The notes below the pieces were generated by a model. The model searched no databases and had not been told where the DNA came from. It saw only the letters and a list, made by a program, of their open reading frames with translations. The position numbers and the translations under genes were made by a program. DNA of 64,000 nt from Ruminococcus sp. (GTDB lineage: Bacteria; Bacillota; Clostridia; Oscillospirales; Ruminococcaceae), in assembly GCA_017437285.1 (NCBI GenBank), contig JAFSBM010000037.1, positions 21,320-85,319 of the forward strand, in the 5' to 3' direction. Position 1 is the stretch's first letter. Every line of letters starts with the position of its first letter. Positions 16,570 to 26,144 of this stretch are shown in pieces.

Positions 16570-18951
16570 ATGAAAAATTCATCTAAGGTATGCAGAGTTA
16601 TTTCTGCATTGTGTGCGGCTGTTTTATGTACAACTGCCGCAACAGCAACTCTGCCTGAAAAGGATACAGCAGTTGCAGCAACAACTTCAACTGTATGCAA
16701 TCCTATTATATGGTCAGATGTTCCCGATTGTGATGTAATCAGAGTTGATGATACATACTATATGGTCAGCACTACTATGTATTTCACCCCAGGTGCTCCC
16801 ATTATGAAGTCGAAAGACCTTGTTTCGTGGGAAATTTGCAACTACGTATATGATACACTTGCTAACGGTGATGTGCAAAATCTTACAAACGGAAAGCACG
16901 ACTATGCTCATGGACAATGGGCTACAAGTCTGCGTTATCACAAGGGTACATACTACGTATTTTTCGGCAGCTACGGCACAGGAAAATCATATATTTACAA
17001 GACAAATGATATCGAAAACGGTGAGTGGACACGCTCCGAAATCAACGGAATGTATCACGATGCTTCAATGATTTTTGATGATGACGGAAGAAATTATCTC
17101 GTATACGGCGGCGGAGGAGAAATCCGCATAAAAGAGCTTAATTCCGAAATGACAGGCTTCAAGTCAGGCGGTGCAGATAAGGTGCTTTTCAAAACAGGCC
17201 TTGATAATCTTGCAGGCGAGGGTGCTCATATCCAGAAAATCGGCGATTACTATTATGTGTTTATTATCGCATGGCCAAGCGGCAGCGGAAGAATTGAGCT
17301 TGTTTACAGAAGTAAAGATATTTTAGGAAATTACGAGGGAAAAACAATCCTCAATTCAGGTATCGGCTCATATGGTGCAGGAGTTGCTCAGGGTGGAATT
17401 GTGGATACTCCCGATGGCAAATGGTACGGTATGCTGTTTCAGGACCATGGCTCAGTAGGACGAATTCCAGCCCTTGTTCCTGTTAACTGGGTTAATAACT
17501 GGCCTGAAATGGGCGTTAACGGAAAAGTTCCCGTTACATTTGAAATTGAGGGCGAATTCACAGGTACACAGCTTGCAAAGGACGATGATTTCTCATATTC
17601 CTCAAATGACCTTGACCTTGTATGGCAATGGAACCACAATCCAGACAATACAGCATGGAGCGTTACAGAGCGTGAGGGCTATCTGCGACTTATCAATAAA
17701 AGCCTTGCAACAAATCTTCTCAATGCAAAAAATACTCTTACACAGCGAACTGAGGGGCCTGCTTGTTCAAGCATAATCAAGCTTGATACAAAGGGAATGA
17801 AAGTCGGCGACTATGCTGGACTTTCCGCATTCCAGTTCAAATACGGAAACGTAGGTGTCTATGTTGCCGATAACGGTGCAAAAAAGATTTATATGTCTGA
17901 AAATGGCGGATATTCGGGTAATGCTGCTGTAACTGACAGCCGTAATAAAATTATTGAAGAATTAAATCTCAACGGCGATGAAATCTATCTCAAAGAAGAA
18001 TTTACATTTGCTACAATAAAATCAGATATGAGTTCTTCAAATAATATTGATAAAGTAAAGTTCTTCTATTCCTATGACGGTCAGAATTGGACACAGATAG
18101 GCAATGAACTTAGTATGTCCTATGATTTGAAGCTGTTCACAGGCTACAGAAGTGCTATTTATAGCTATGCCACAAAGACTACAGGCGGTTATGCTGATAT
18201 TGACTTTTTCGACTATGAGCGTACACCTTGGAACGAAGCACAGGTTGTTGAGCCTAATGATTTCGGCTGGTATTCTGTAAGCGGATTTGAGGGCAGTACC
18301 GACAAATGGGCAGGACGTGGGAGTGCAGTTATTTCACCTACATCGGACGCTTCATTTGTGGGCAGCAGTTCACTTTACATTTCAGAAAGAGAATCGGCTT
18401 GGAACGGAGCATCAATTCCCCTTAGCAAAAATATCTACAAATGCGGTGAAAGTTACAGTTTTAGTGCAAATGTTATGTTCAATGAGGGGGAGGAAATAAA
18501 TAATTTCTTTATGAAATTGCAGTATGTGGGAGCAGACGGCGAAACGTACTATGCTCCTGTAGCAGAGGGTGCAGCACGTAAAAATCAATGGATTCAGCTT
18601 GCAAATTCTTCATTTACAATTCCCGAGGGTGCAACTGATATGTATCTGTATGTGGAAACTGAAAGCGGTACAGATTCATTCTACCTTGACGAGGTTATAA
18701 CAGCAATTGACGGAACAGGAATTTTGGGTGCAGATAAGCCTATCAAGCTTCTCCCTGCGGATTTGAATTTTGACGGAATTGTTGATGTATTCGATTTATG
18801 TCTTGCAAGAGAGGGTGTGGACGGATTTGACAGTACAACTGTGGCAAGTGTTGCAGATGTAAACAAAGACGGAGAATTTGATGAAAATGACCTTAAACTT
18901 ATGGAACAGTTCCTTTTAGGAAAGATCAGCGAATTTCCTATAACTGAATAA
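16570..18951 (+). CDS. GH43 beta-xylosidase/arabinofuranosidase with a CBM (CBM22/4_9-like) and a dockerin
   Basis: GH43 N-terminus NPIIWSDVPDCDVIRVDDTYYMVSTT and catalytic-region motifs. C-terminal dockerin ADLNFDGIVDVFDL ... ADVNKDGEFDENDL. Start moved to the ATG at 16570 (GAGGTG RBS and signal peptide). Confidence 0.85.
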   Translation: MKNSSKVCRVISALCAAVLCTTAATATLPEKDTAVAATTSTVCNPIIWSDVPDCDVIRVDDTYYMVSTTMYFTPGAPIMKSKDLVSWEICNYVYDTLANGDVQNLTNGKHDYAHGQWATSLRYHKGTYYVFFGSYGTGKSYIYKTNDIENGEWTRSEINGMYHDASMIFDDDGRNYLVYGGGGEIRIKELNSEMTGFKSGGADKVLFKTGLDNLAGEGAHIQKIGDYYYVFIIAWPSGSGRIELVYRSKDILGNYEGKTILNSGIGSYGAGVAQGGIVDTPDGKWYGMLFQDHGSVGRIPALVPVNWVNNWPEMGVNGKVPVTFEIEGEFTGTQLAKDDDFSYSSNDLDLVWQWNHNPDNTAWSVTEREGYLRLINKSLATNLLNAKNTLTQRTEGPACSSIIKLDTKGMKVGDYAGLSAFQFKYGNVGVYVADNGAKKIYMSENGGYSGNAAVTDSRNKIIEELNLNGDEIYLKEEFTFATIKSDMSSSNNIDKVKFFYSYDGQNWTQIGNELSMSYDLKLFTGYRSAIYSYATKTTGGYADIDFFDYERTPWNEAQVVEPNDFGWYSVSGFEGSTDKWAGRGSAVISPTSDASFVGSSSLYISERESAWNGASIPLSKNIYKCGESYSFSANVMFNEGEEINNFFMKLQYVGADGETYYAPVAEGAARKNQWIQLANSSFTIPEGATDMYLYVETESGTDSFYLDEVITAIDGTGILGADKPIKLLPADLNFDGIVDVFDLCLAREGVDGFDSTTVASVADVNKDGEFDENDLKLMEQFLLGKISEFPITE

Positions 18952-18954
18952 TAG

Positions 18955-18987
18955 CAAAAAGAGCTTCTTAGACGAGAAGCTCTTTTG
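18955..18987. terminator. Bidirectional hairpin terminator
   Basis: AAAAAGAGCTTC ... GAAGCTCTTTTG stem that overlaps the 3' end of the convergent radical SAM gene. Confidence 0.65.
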
Positions 18988-19921
18988 CATTGGTATAATA
19001 TTTTCCCTGCCATAAATCCATTTGACAGAGTGCTTTGTCAATTCCGCCAAGTACAGCGATTTTATCCATAGTCCATAGGGGAGCGATAAGTTTCGATTTA
19101 TCGCCGTCCCCTGTAATACGCTCAACTACGGTTTCAGGCGGCAAAACTGCAAGCTGCTGTGCGGTTACAGCAATATATTCATCTCTTGTCAGCAATGGAA
19201 AAGGAGAATTCTTGTAAATTTCAGCGAGTTTTGTTCCATTTATAATGTGCAGCATCTGAATTTTTACAGCATCGGGATTAAGTCTTGCAGTTTCCTGTGC
19301 AGTTTCAAGCATCATTTCAGCCGATTCATCAGGCAGTCCGTTTATAATATGCAAACAAACACGGATATTCCGTTCTTTCAGCTTGTTATATCCTGCCACA
19401 AATTCCCCATGGCTGTAACCACGATTGATATTTTTTATAGTTTTCTCATGAATTGTCTGCATACCAAGCTCAACTGTAAGTTCAGTCTGTGAATTAATTT
19501 CACAGAGCAAATCAATAATATCATCACCAAGACAATCTGCTCTTGTGCCGATTGAAATTCCCGATACAGCTGGAAAATCAAGTGCCTCACTATAGATTTT
19601 TCGCAGTTTATCCACTGGTGCATAAGTATTTGTATTTGCCTGAAAATACGCAACTATGGGAACATCACCGTTTTTAACTGAAATTCGCTGATATTCCAGT
19701 TCAAGCTGCTTTGTAACAGATAGATTTTTCTGGGTGAAATAACCGCTGCCGCCGTCACAGAAAATACAGCCGCCATATCCTCGTTTACCGTCAATATTCG
19801 GGCAGGTCATACCGCAATCAATAACTGCCTTATACAGCTTTTTGCCGTATTTTGATTTCAGATAATAATTCAGAGTATGATAACGCTTATTATCCAAGGA
19901 ATATTTAAATGGATTATCCAT
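18968..19921 (-). CDS. Radical SAM protein, TIGR01212-like family
   Basis: Cys cluster CPNIDGKRGYGGCIFCDGGSG plus an Elp3-like core. RBS GGAG. Confidence 0.8.
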   Translation of the reverse strand: MDNPFKYSLDNKRYHTLNYYLKSKYGKKLYKAVIDCGMTCPNIDGKRGYGGCIFCDGGSGYFTQKNLSVTKQLELEYQRISVKNGDVPIVAYFQANTNTYAPVDKLRKIYSEALDFPAVSGISIGTRADCLGDDIIDLLCEINSQTELTVELGMQTIHEKTIKNINRGYSHGEFVAGYNKLKERNIRVCLHIINGLPDESAEMMLETAQETARLNPDAVKIQMLHIINGTKLAEIYKNSPFPLLTRDEYIAVTAQQLAVLPPETVVERITGDGDKSKLIAPLWTMDKIAVLGGIDKALCQMDLWQGKYYTNAKELLV

Positions 19922-19931
19922 AAATTCAACT

Positions 19932-19970
19932 CCAAAAAATCGCTTTCAGAATTAAATCCGAAAGCGATTT
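19932..19970 (-). terminator. Rho-independent terminator after aspS
   Basis: 11-bp stem AAATCGCTTTC/GAAAGCGATTT followed by a T-run on the minus strand. Confidence 0.6.
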
Positions 19971-19975
19971 TATTT

Positions 19976-21751
19976 TTATTCTTCGTTGTCTAAAAGACCA
20001 ATTCCGAGAACGTCAAGGTTTGGCTTATCAACGAATGAAGGACATTCTGACATAAGCTCACTTGCATTCTGAACCTTGGGGAATGCAGTTACATCACGGA
20101 GATTGTCAGCCTTACACATAATCATTGCAAGACGGTCAAGACCGATACCCATACCACCGTGAGGAGGTGAAGCGTAGCGGTAAGCCTCAACGAGGAATCC
20201 AAACTTAGCGTTGATTTCTTCCTCTGTCATACCGAGAGCCTCGAACATCTTCTGCTGAAGCTCGAAATCAGTAATACGGATAGAACCGCTTGAAAGCTCA
20301 GTTCCGTTAAGTACGAGATCCCAAGCCTTAGCACGAACCTTTGCAGGATCGCTGTCGAGATATTCAAGACACTCGTCCATAGGCATTGTGAATGGGTGGT
20401 GTGCTGCAACCCAAGTGTTATTATCCTCGTCATACTCAAAGAAGGGCATTTCAGTAATCCACAGGAAGTTATACTTGTTTTCGTCGATAACTTCAAGTCT
20501 TTTACCGCAAATCAGACGAATTGCACCAAGAGTTGAAAGAACTGTCTTTGTCTTATCAGCACAGATAAGAACAAGGTCGCCCTCATGAGCATCAACTGCT
20601 GCACAAATCTTTTCAAGGTCGCCCTCGCCGAGGAACTTCTTAAAGCTGCAATTTGGCTCGTCTGCCCAACGGATATACGCAAGTCCCTTTGCACCAATAC
20701 CCTTTGCGTGTTCAACAAGCTTATCAATTTCCTTACGTGTATATGTAGCCGCACCGTTCTTGACATTGATTGCACGTACAGAGCCGCCTTCTTCAATAGC
20801 ACTCTTGAATACAACGAAATCTATATCCTTGACAGTATCGGTAATATCCTGGATTTCAAATCCGAAACGTGTATCAGGCTTATCAGAACCGTAACGATTC
20901 ATAGCATCTGCAAAAGTCAGACGGGGGAGGGGCAGCTGTACATCAACATTGAGAATTTCCTTGAATACACGCTGAACAAATCCCTCAACGCAGCCCTGAA
21001 TATCCTCTGCCTCAACGAATGACATTTCAAGGTCAATCTGTGTGAACTCAGGCTGACGGTCAGCACGTAAATCCTCGTCACGGAAGCAACGTGCAAGCTG
21101 AATGTATCTATCGTAACCTGCAACCATAAGAAGCTGCTTATAAATCTGAGGTGACTGGGGGAGTGCATAGAATTTACCCGGATGAATACGTGAGGGGATA
21201 AGATAATCTCTTGCACCCTCGGGAGTTGACTTCATCATCATGGGAGTTTCAATTTCAAGGAATCCGTTTTCATAGAAATACTCACGGGTTACTCTTGCAA
21301 TATTGTGACGCATAATGATATTCTGCTGCAAAGGTGCTCTTCTGAGGTCAAGATAACGATATTTCAGACGAAGTTCCTCGTTAACCTTAGTTTCATTTGT
21401 AATCTCAAAAGGAGGTGTCTGAGCCTTTGAAAGAATACGGAGGTCATTTACAAAAATTTCAACATGACCTGTTTTAAGCTTGTCATTCTTGCTTTCACGC
21501 TCAATTACTTCGCCCTTAGCCATAAGAACATATTCGCTCTTACATGAAGCAGCTTTTTCAAATACAGCGGGGTCGGATTTATCGCTGAATGCAAGCTGAA
21601 CAACGCCTGTTCTGTCACGGAGAACGATAAAAATAACTCCGCCCTTATCTCTTACTCTTTCTACAAAACCGCAAACTACAGCCTCACCGCCGATTTCGGT
21701 AACTTCGCCGCAGTAATGAGTTCTTTTAAGTCCATTCATATTATCAGCCAT
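19976..21751 (-). CDS. aspS: Aspartate--tRNA ligase
   Basis: Class IIb motifs (FRDEDLRADRQPEFTQID, GGMGIGLDR). Start re-called at MADNMNGLKRTHYCG because the track ORF runs 31 codons into hisS. Confidence 0.93.
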   Translation of the reverse strand: MADNMNGLKRTHYCGEVTEIGGEAVVCGFVERVRDKGGVIFIVLRDRTGVVQLAFSDKSDPAVFEKAASCKSEYVLMAKGEVIERESKNDKLKTGHVEIFVNDLRILSKAQTPPFEITNETKVNEELRLKYRYLDLRRAPLQQNIIMRHNIARVTREYFYENGFLEIETPMMMKSTPEGARDYLIPSRIHPGKFYALPQSPQIYKQLLMVAGYDRYIQLARCFRDEDLRADRQPEFTQIDLEMSFVEAEDIQGCVEGFVQRVFKEILNVDVQLPLPRLTFADAMNRYGSDKPDTRFGFEIQDITDTVKDIDFVVFKSAIEEGGSVRAINVKNGAATYTRKEIDKLVEHAKGIGAKGLAYIRWADEPNCSFKKFLGEGDLEKICAAVDAHEGDLVLICADKTKTVLSTLGAIRLICGKRLEVIDENKYNFLWITEMPFFEYDEDNNTWVAAHHPFTMPMDECLEYLDSDPAKVRAKAWDLVLNGTELSSGSIRITDFELQQKMFEALGMTEEEINAKFGFLVEAYRYASPPHGGMGIGLDRLAMIMCKADNLRDVTAFPKVQNASELMSECPSFVDKPNLDVLGIGLLDNEE

Positions 21752-21752
21752 A

Positions 21753-23093
21753 TTATTTCTCTCCTCCCATGAATGAGAAGAGATTACCGTCGCCGGCTTC
21801 TCCCTCCATAACATCCATGATTTTATTAAAGTAGATTTCTTCAAATACTACTGCAAATTTATCATCAAGAGCAATTTCTGTTTCATCGCCCTTTTCCATT
21901 TCTTTAAGCTTAGCCTTGCTCTGTTCAAGCTCGTTATCTCCGAGAACAACAGTAAATGCAGCACCGATTTTATTAGCATATTTCATCTGTGCCTTTAAGC
22001 CTCTGCCCATCATATCATATTCTGCAAAATAGCCGTATTCACGGAGAGCCTTTGAAAGCTCCATAGCCTTTTCAAGAGCAGCATCGCCCATTGTTGCAAA
22101 ATAAATATCGCACTTTTTAGGTACGAGATAATCGCAATTCTGCTTGTCCATAACAAGAAGAAGTCTTTCGATACCCATACCGAAGCCGAGAGCAGGTGTA
22201 TGCTGTCCGCCAAGCTGTTCAATAAGTCCGTCATAACGTCCGCCGCCGCAAACAGTACCCTGTGCACCGATTTCAGTTGTAACAAATTCAAAAACAGTCT
22301 TTGTGTAATAGTCGAGTCCACGAACAATTTTAGGATTAACCTTGTATTCTATGCCAAGCTTTGTGAGATAGGATTTAAGGCTTTCAAAGTGATTGCCGCA
22401 ATCCTCGCAAAGATAGTCAAGAATAAGGGGAGCATCCTTGGCTATATCCTGACAAATAGGACTCTTACAGTCAAGAAGTCGCATAGGATTTTTTATAAGT
22501 CTGTCCTTGCATGTGTCGCAAAGTTCATCCTTACGTGTTTCAAAATATGCCTTTAATGCCTCGTGATATTTTCCACGACATTCGGGACAGCCGATAGAAT
22601 TGATATAAAGCTCAATATTTTTTATACCGAGTCTGTTGAGAAGTGTATTTGCAAGGGAAATTACTTCTGCATCAGCAGCAGGAGATGCACTTCCTGCCAT
22701 TTCAACGCCGAACTGGTGGAATTCACGAAGTCTGCCAGCCTGTGGTCTTTCGTGACGGAAACAGGAAGTCAGGTAGTAAACACGCTGGGGGAGTGCTTCA
22801 TTGAGAAGTCCGTTTTGGAGCATAGCACGGATTGAACCTGCTGTACCCTCGGGACGAAGTGTAAACTTCGACTCCTTAGCCATTACAGTATACATTTCCT
22901 TTTGTACAACGTCAGTAGTTTCACCTACAGAACGGAGGAAAAGGTCAGTATTTTCAAAGGTAGGGAAACGGATTTCGCCAAAGCCAAAGCTTTCAGCTGT
23001 ATCTCTTGCAATTTTTTCAATTGTATGCCATTTGTGTACATCCTTTGGAACGACATCTTCTGTACCATTTGGACGTTTAATATTGAGAGCCAT
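21753..23093 (-). CDS. hisS: Histidine--tRNA ligase
   Basis: Motifs RPEGTAG, CFRHERPQAGRLREFHQ and GGGRYDGL. Start re-called at MALNIKRPNGTED (RBS AAAGAAAGG). The stop lies 1 nt from the aspS ATG. Confidence 0.93.
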   Translation of the reverse strand: MALNIKRPNGTEDVVPKDVHKWHTIEKIARDTAESFGFGEIRFPTFENTDLFLRSVGETTDVVQKEMYTVMAKESKFTLRPEGTAGSIRAMLQNGLLNEALPQRVYYLTSCFRHERPQAGRLREFHQFGVEMAGSASPAADAEVISLANTLLNRLGIKNIELYINSIGCPECRGKYHEALKAYFETRKDELCDTCKDRLIKNPMRLLDCKSPICQDIAKDAPLILDYLCEDCGNHFESLKSYLTKLGIEYKVNPKIVRGLDYYTKTVFEFVTTEIGAQGTVCGGGRYDGLIEQLGGQHTPALGFGMGIERLLLVMDKQNCDYLVPKKCDIYFATMGDAALEKAMELSKALREYGYFAEYDMMGRGLKAQMKYANKIGAAFTVVLGDNELEQSKAKLKEMEKGDETEIALDDKFAVVFEEIYFNKIMDVMEGEAGDGNLFSFMGGEK

Positions 23094-23122
23094 AAAATCA
23101 GCCTTTCTTTTTAACATGAAAA

Positions 23123-23169
23123 TTGTCCCATAAGGGACAATAAACGGATGCCGTAAAAAATACGGCATC
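23123..23169 (-). terminator. Two tandem hairpins between mgsA and hisS (terminator or attenuator-like)
   Basis: Minus strand: GATGCCGTA-TTTTT-TACGGCATC, then TTGTCCC-TTAT-GGGACAA followed by TTTT. Confidence 0.45.
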
Positions 23170-23192
23170 ACGTTGGATATCAGAATATTAAG

Positions 23193-23594
23193 TTATATCG
23201 GGATATTTCCAGCCTGACGCCAGTCAAGGTCGCCTCTTTCGAGAGCAAGAATGAGAGCCTCAGCTGTTGCAATATTTGTAGCAACAGGAACGCTGTGAAC
23301 ATCACATAATCTGAGAAGATCCATATCATTAGGATCATTTGCCTTTGGGTTAATGGGATCTCTGAAAAACAGAAGAACATCAACTTCATTACAGGACAAA
23401 AGCGCAAGAATCTGTTCTGCACCACCACGTCCACTTAAATAACGCTTAATGGGCAGACCTGTAGCCTCGCTTACCTGCTTTCCTGTGGTGTTTGTAGCAA
23501 TAAGTGAATGCTTTGATAAGATTCCGCAGTATGCACTACAGAACTGTACCATAAGTTCTTTTTTTGCATCATGAGCAATTATTGCGATTTTCAT
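23193..23594 (-). CDS. mgsA: Methylglyoxal synthase
   Basis: 133 aa. MKIAIIAHDAKKELM...ATNTTG...GGAEQI matches the MGS fold pattern. Confidence 0.85.
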   Translation of the reverse strand: MKIAIIAHDAKKELMVQFCSAYCGILSKHSLIATNTTGKQVSEATGLPIKRYLSGRGGAEQILALLSCNEVDVLLFFRDPINPKANDPNDMDLLRLCDVHSVPVATNIATAEALILALERGDLDWRQAGNIPI

Positions 23595-23640
23595 TTATCT
23601 GTCCTTTCTCCGCATTGCGGCTTTATTATATTTAATCCTA

Positions 23641-24378
23641 TCAGGATGTTTTTACAGTAAGCGGAACAAATTCACCGCCAAGACGCTTTGAGATAGCATC
23701 AAAAGCCTTTAATGCAGAAGAATCTGTTGGAATAGGGGTACCCTTTCCTGTTGCAACTGTTGTTTTGAAGTCATCGGGAATAACACCGATAAGCTGAACT
23801 CCAACCTTGTCAATGATTTCGTCAAGGTTATTTACAAGAGCCTCACCGATAACCTTTTTGCTTATTTTATTGATAATCAGACGCTGGCTCTTATTGCCTC
23901 TGTTGTAGAACTCGTCAGACATGAGAGCAGCATCTCTGATGCATACGGGATCGGGAGTTGAAACAACAAGAATAAGGTTAGCCTGCTGAACGATATCGAA
24001 TACATGAGAGTTGATACCTGCTCCGGTATCTATAATGATATATTCAAAATACTTCTTAACGCTGCGGCAGATGTCAACAATCTGTTCTGCTGTTACAGCT
24101 GTAAGAGTTTTTGGAGCACAGAGAAGGCTGAGATTTGTAGCCATGGGAACAGAAGCAACAGCATCAAGAGCGTTTTTTCTTCCGTTGAGAACATCACCCA
24201 GATCATATTTTATATCATTTTCAATACCGAACATAATATCAAGGCATCTTAAACCAAAATCAAGCTCAATAAGAAGAGTTCTGTGGCCTTGTTTTGCAAG
24301 GGTGTAACCAAGTCCCGCACATACAGTTGACTTTCCTGTACCGCCCTTTCCTGATGTAACTGCAATAATTTTAGACAT
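23641..24378 (-). CDS. MinD/ParA-family P-loop ATPase
   Basis: Deviant Walker A SGKGGTGKST. Start re-called at MSKIIAV (RBS AAGGAA). There are no adjacent minC/minE genes. Confidence 0.75.
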   Translation of the reverse strand: MSKIIAVTSGKGGTGKSTVCAGLGYTLAKQGHRTLLIELDFGLRCLDIMFGIENDIKYDLGDVLNGRKNALDAVASVPMATNLSLLCAPKTLTAVTAEQIVDICRSVKKYFEYIIIDTGAGINSHVFDIVQQANLILVVSTPDPVCIRDAALMSDEFYNRGNKSQRLIINKISKKVIGEALVNNLDEIIDKVGVQLIGVIPDDFKTTVATGKGTPIPTDSSALKAFDAISKRLGGEFVPLTVKTS

Positions 24379-24563
24379 GACATTTCCTTTCGCTGCTCTG
24401 TTGAGCATATCATTATAAACAATAATTCTAATGTATATTATATCACAATTAAGCGATTTTGTCAAAGAATATTTTGTGTATTTCGTAAAATTGTGTATTT
24501 CAATATTTTCCACATCTCACCTTTGTTTATTTTGCACAAAGGTGAGTGTTTAATACCTGTTTT

Positions 24564-25787
24564 TTAAATTTCCACTCCGTTTTCTGCAAGGAGTTTTCTT
24601 GCTGTTTCAACCGAATCCACACCATCCTTATTCTTAACAGGAGCGAATTCGTTATTTCTTTCAACTTCATATGGCAGACAGCTGCTATGCATATGAATCA
24701 TATCAAGAATAAGTGTTTCGAACTTGAATCCATTGGGCTTTTCAGGAGTAATAAATTCGCCGTTTTCGTTCATATATGGTATCTTCTTATCAACAATATG
24801 AACCGGCATTTTTTGTTTATTGATTTCTACAAGGCAGTCTGTACGGAAAAGATAGTTGAGGATTACACCATATCTGTAAGCCAACTGTCCGTTTTCAAGC
24901 TGCTGATATGTCATTTCATCTGTAAGCTCATAATACTCAACGATTGAGGGTTTTCCGTCTTCAATACACATAACTCCGACTTTTTCTTCGGGAGCAGCTT
25001 TTGAAACAACCTTGCTTCCTGATTCGCTGCCTGTTTCAATAACAGCACCGATGAAGCAGGGGTCTGCAATTCTTTGAAGAACATTATCAACAGCAAAGAC
25101 ATTGAGCCATTCCACGCCCATTCCACAAAGTTCATCAAAAATTCCAGAACGAACAAGAGATGAGAACCAGCCGCCATTTCCGTTTGGAGAAGAAGAAATT
25201 CTGTCCTTATCCTCCATATAGATTTTGCCGTTGAAATCAACGGAGGGAGCCATATCCTGAATGAAAAATCTCACATATTCGCTGTTATAGCCGAAATAAT
25301 TATGCTCCTTGAAAAATTCAACTGTATCTTTGTTGTTCTTTTCGCTTGTCATAATTACGAAAGGAATCCAAGTATCAGTCATTTTTACTACATCAAGAAG
25401 ATTATTTACAAGACATTCAAAAATATAAAGCTCTTTATTTTCGCCGATATTGAACATACCCTTAGGTTTATCAAAACCAAGACGAGTACCCTGACCGCCT
25501 GCAAGGAGAACAGCTGCAACTTTACCTGCTTTAATAGCTTCAATACCTGTTTCAAGATATTTTTCTTTATTTACTGCAATATCTTCTTTTGTAACAGCAG
25601 AAATAGGTTCAATTTTTCCTCTCTTAGCGTCTGCTTTTTTATCAAGGGCATCAAGAATTGAAAAATCAATATTTTTAATTTGTTCAAGCAGACTGTTTTT
25701 CTGCTGTTCATCAAGTTCGTTGTAATAATTGAGAATATGGCTCTGACCATACTTTTCAAGTAAACTCATAGCTGATTCATAATTCAT
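24564..25787 (-). CDS. UDP-sugar (UDP-N-acetylhexosamine/UTP-glucose-1-P) pyrophosphorylase, UDPGP family
   Basis: Motif LLAGGQGTRLGFDKPKG. Start re-called at MNYESAM (AGGAGG RBS). Confidence 0.8.
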   Translation of the reverse strand: MNYESAMSLLEKYGQSHILNYYNELDEQQKNSLLEQIKNIDFSILDALDKKADAKRGKIEPISAVTKEDIAVNKEKYLETGIEAIKAGKVAAVLLAGGQGTRLGFDKPKGMFNIGENKELYIFECLVNNLLDVVKMTDTWIPFVIMTSEKNNKDTVEFFKEHNYFGYNSEYVRFFIQDMAPSVDFNGKIYMEDKDRISSSPNGNGGWFSSLVRSGIFDELCGMGVEWLNVFAVDNVLQRIADPCFIGAVIETGSESGSKVVSKAAPEEKVGVMCIEDGKPSIVEYYELTDEMTYQQLENGQLAYRYGVILNYLFRTDCLVEINKQKMPVHIVDKKIPYMNENGEFITPEKPNGFKFETLILDMIHMHSSCLPYEVERNNEFAPVKNKDGVDSVETARKLLAENGVEI

Positions 25788-25909
25788 AATAATTCCTCCT
25801 ATCGCCATAGCGTACAATTTATATAGATAAATTTATTATACCACATTTTTTTTATTTCGTCAACTACTTTACAAAATAATAGCAAATTTAAAGATATTTT
25901 CCGCAAATA

Positions 25910-25938
25910 TTGACAAATAATTTAGAATTAGTTATAAT
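25910..25938 (+). promoter_or_regulatory. Consensus sigma-A promoter abutting MITE copy 2
   Basis: TTGACA, 17 nt, TATAAT. The predicted +1 lies within a few nt of the MITE left end at 25948. Confidence 0.6.
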
Positions 25939-25947
25939 TTAGATAAA

Positions 25948-26105
25948 GGGCATCTCTAAAAACCCCTTTTGAGAAAAAACATCTATGCACGTCATCTGCT
26001 TCGTCAACCTCCCTCGGAGTGCGGCAGCACGCCTTCGGAAGGTTTCCTTGCAGCTGTCATACCTATCTGTTTTTTCTTTAATCAAACGAGTTTTTAGAGA
26101 TGCCC
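25948..26105 (+). mobile_element. MITE-like element, copy 2 (158 bp)
   Basis: Same 16-bp TIRs, flanked by direct TAAA/TAAA. A few substitutions relative to copy 1. Confidence 0.65.
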
Positions 26106-26144
26106 TAAAGGAAATTTTCTTTTTTTGAGATTTTGGAGGTAATT

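Noticed and set aside
21752-21844. N-terminal extensions of aspS (to 21844), hisS (to 23171), the minD-like gene (to 24513) and others in the ORF track
   Set aside because: The extensions overlap upstream genes or intergenic hairpins and lack an RBS. Internal ATGs with good RBS spacing match the canonical family N-termini.
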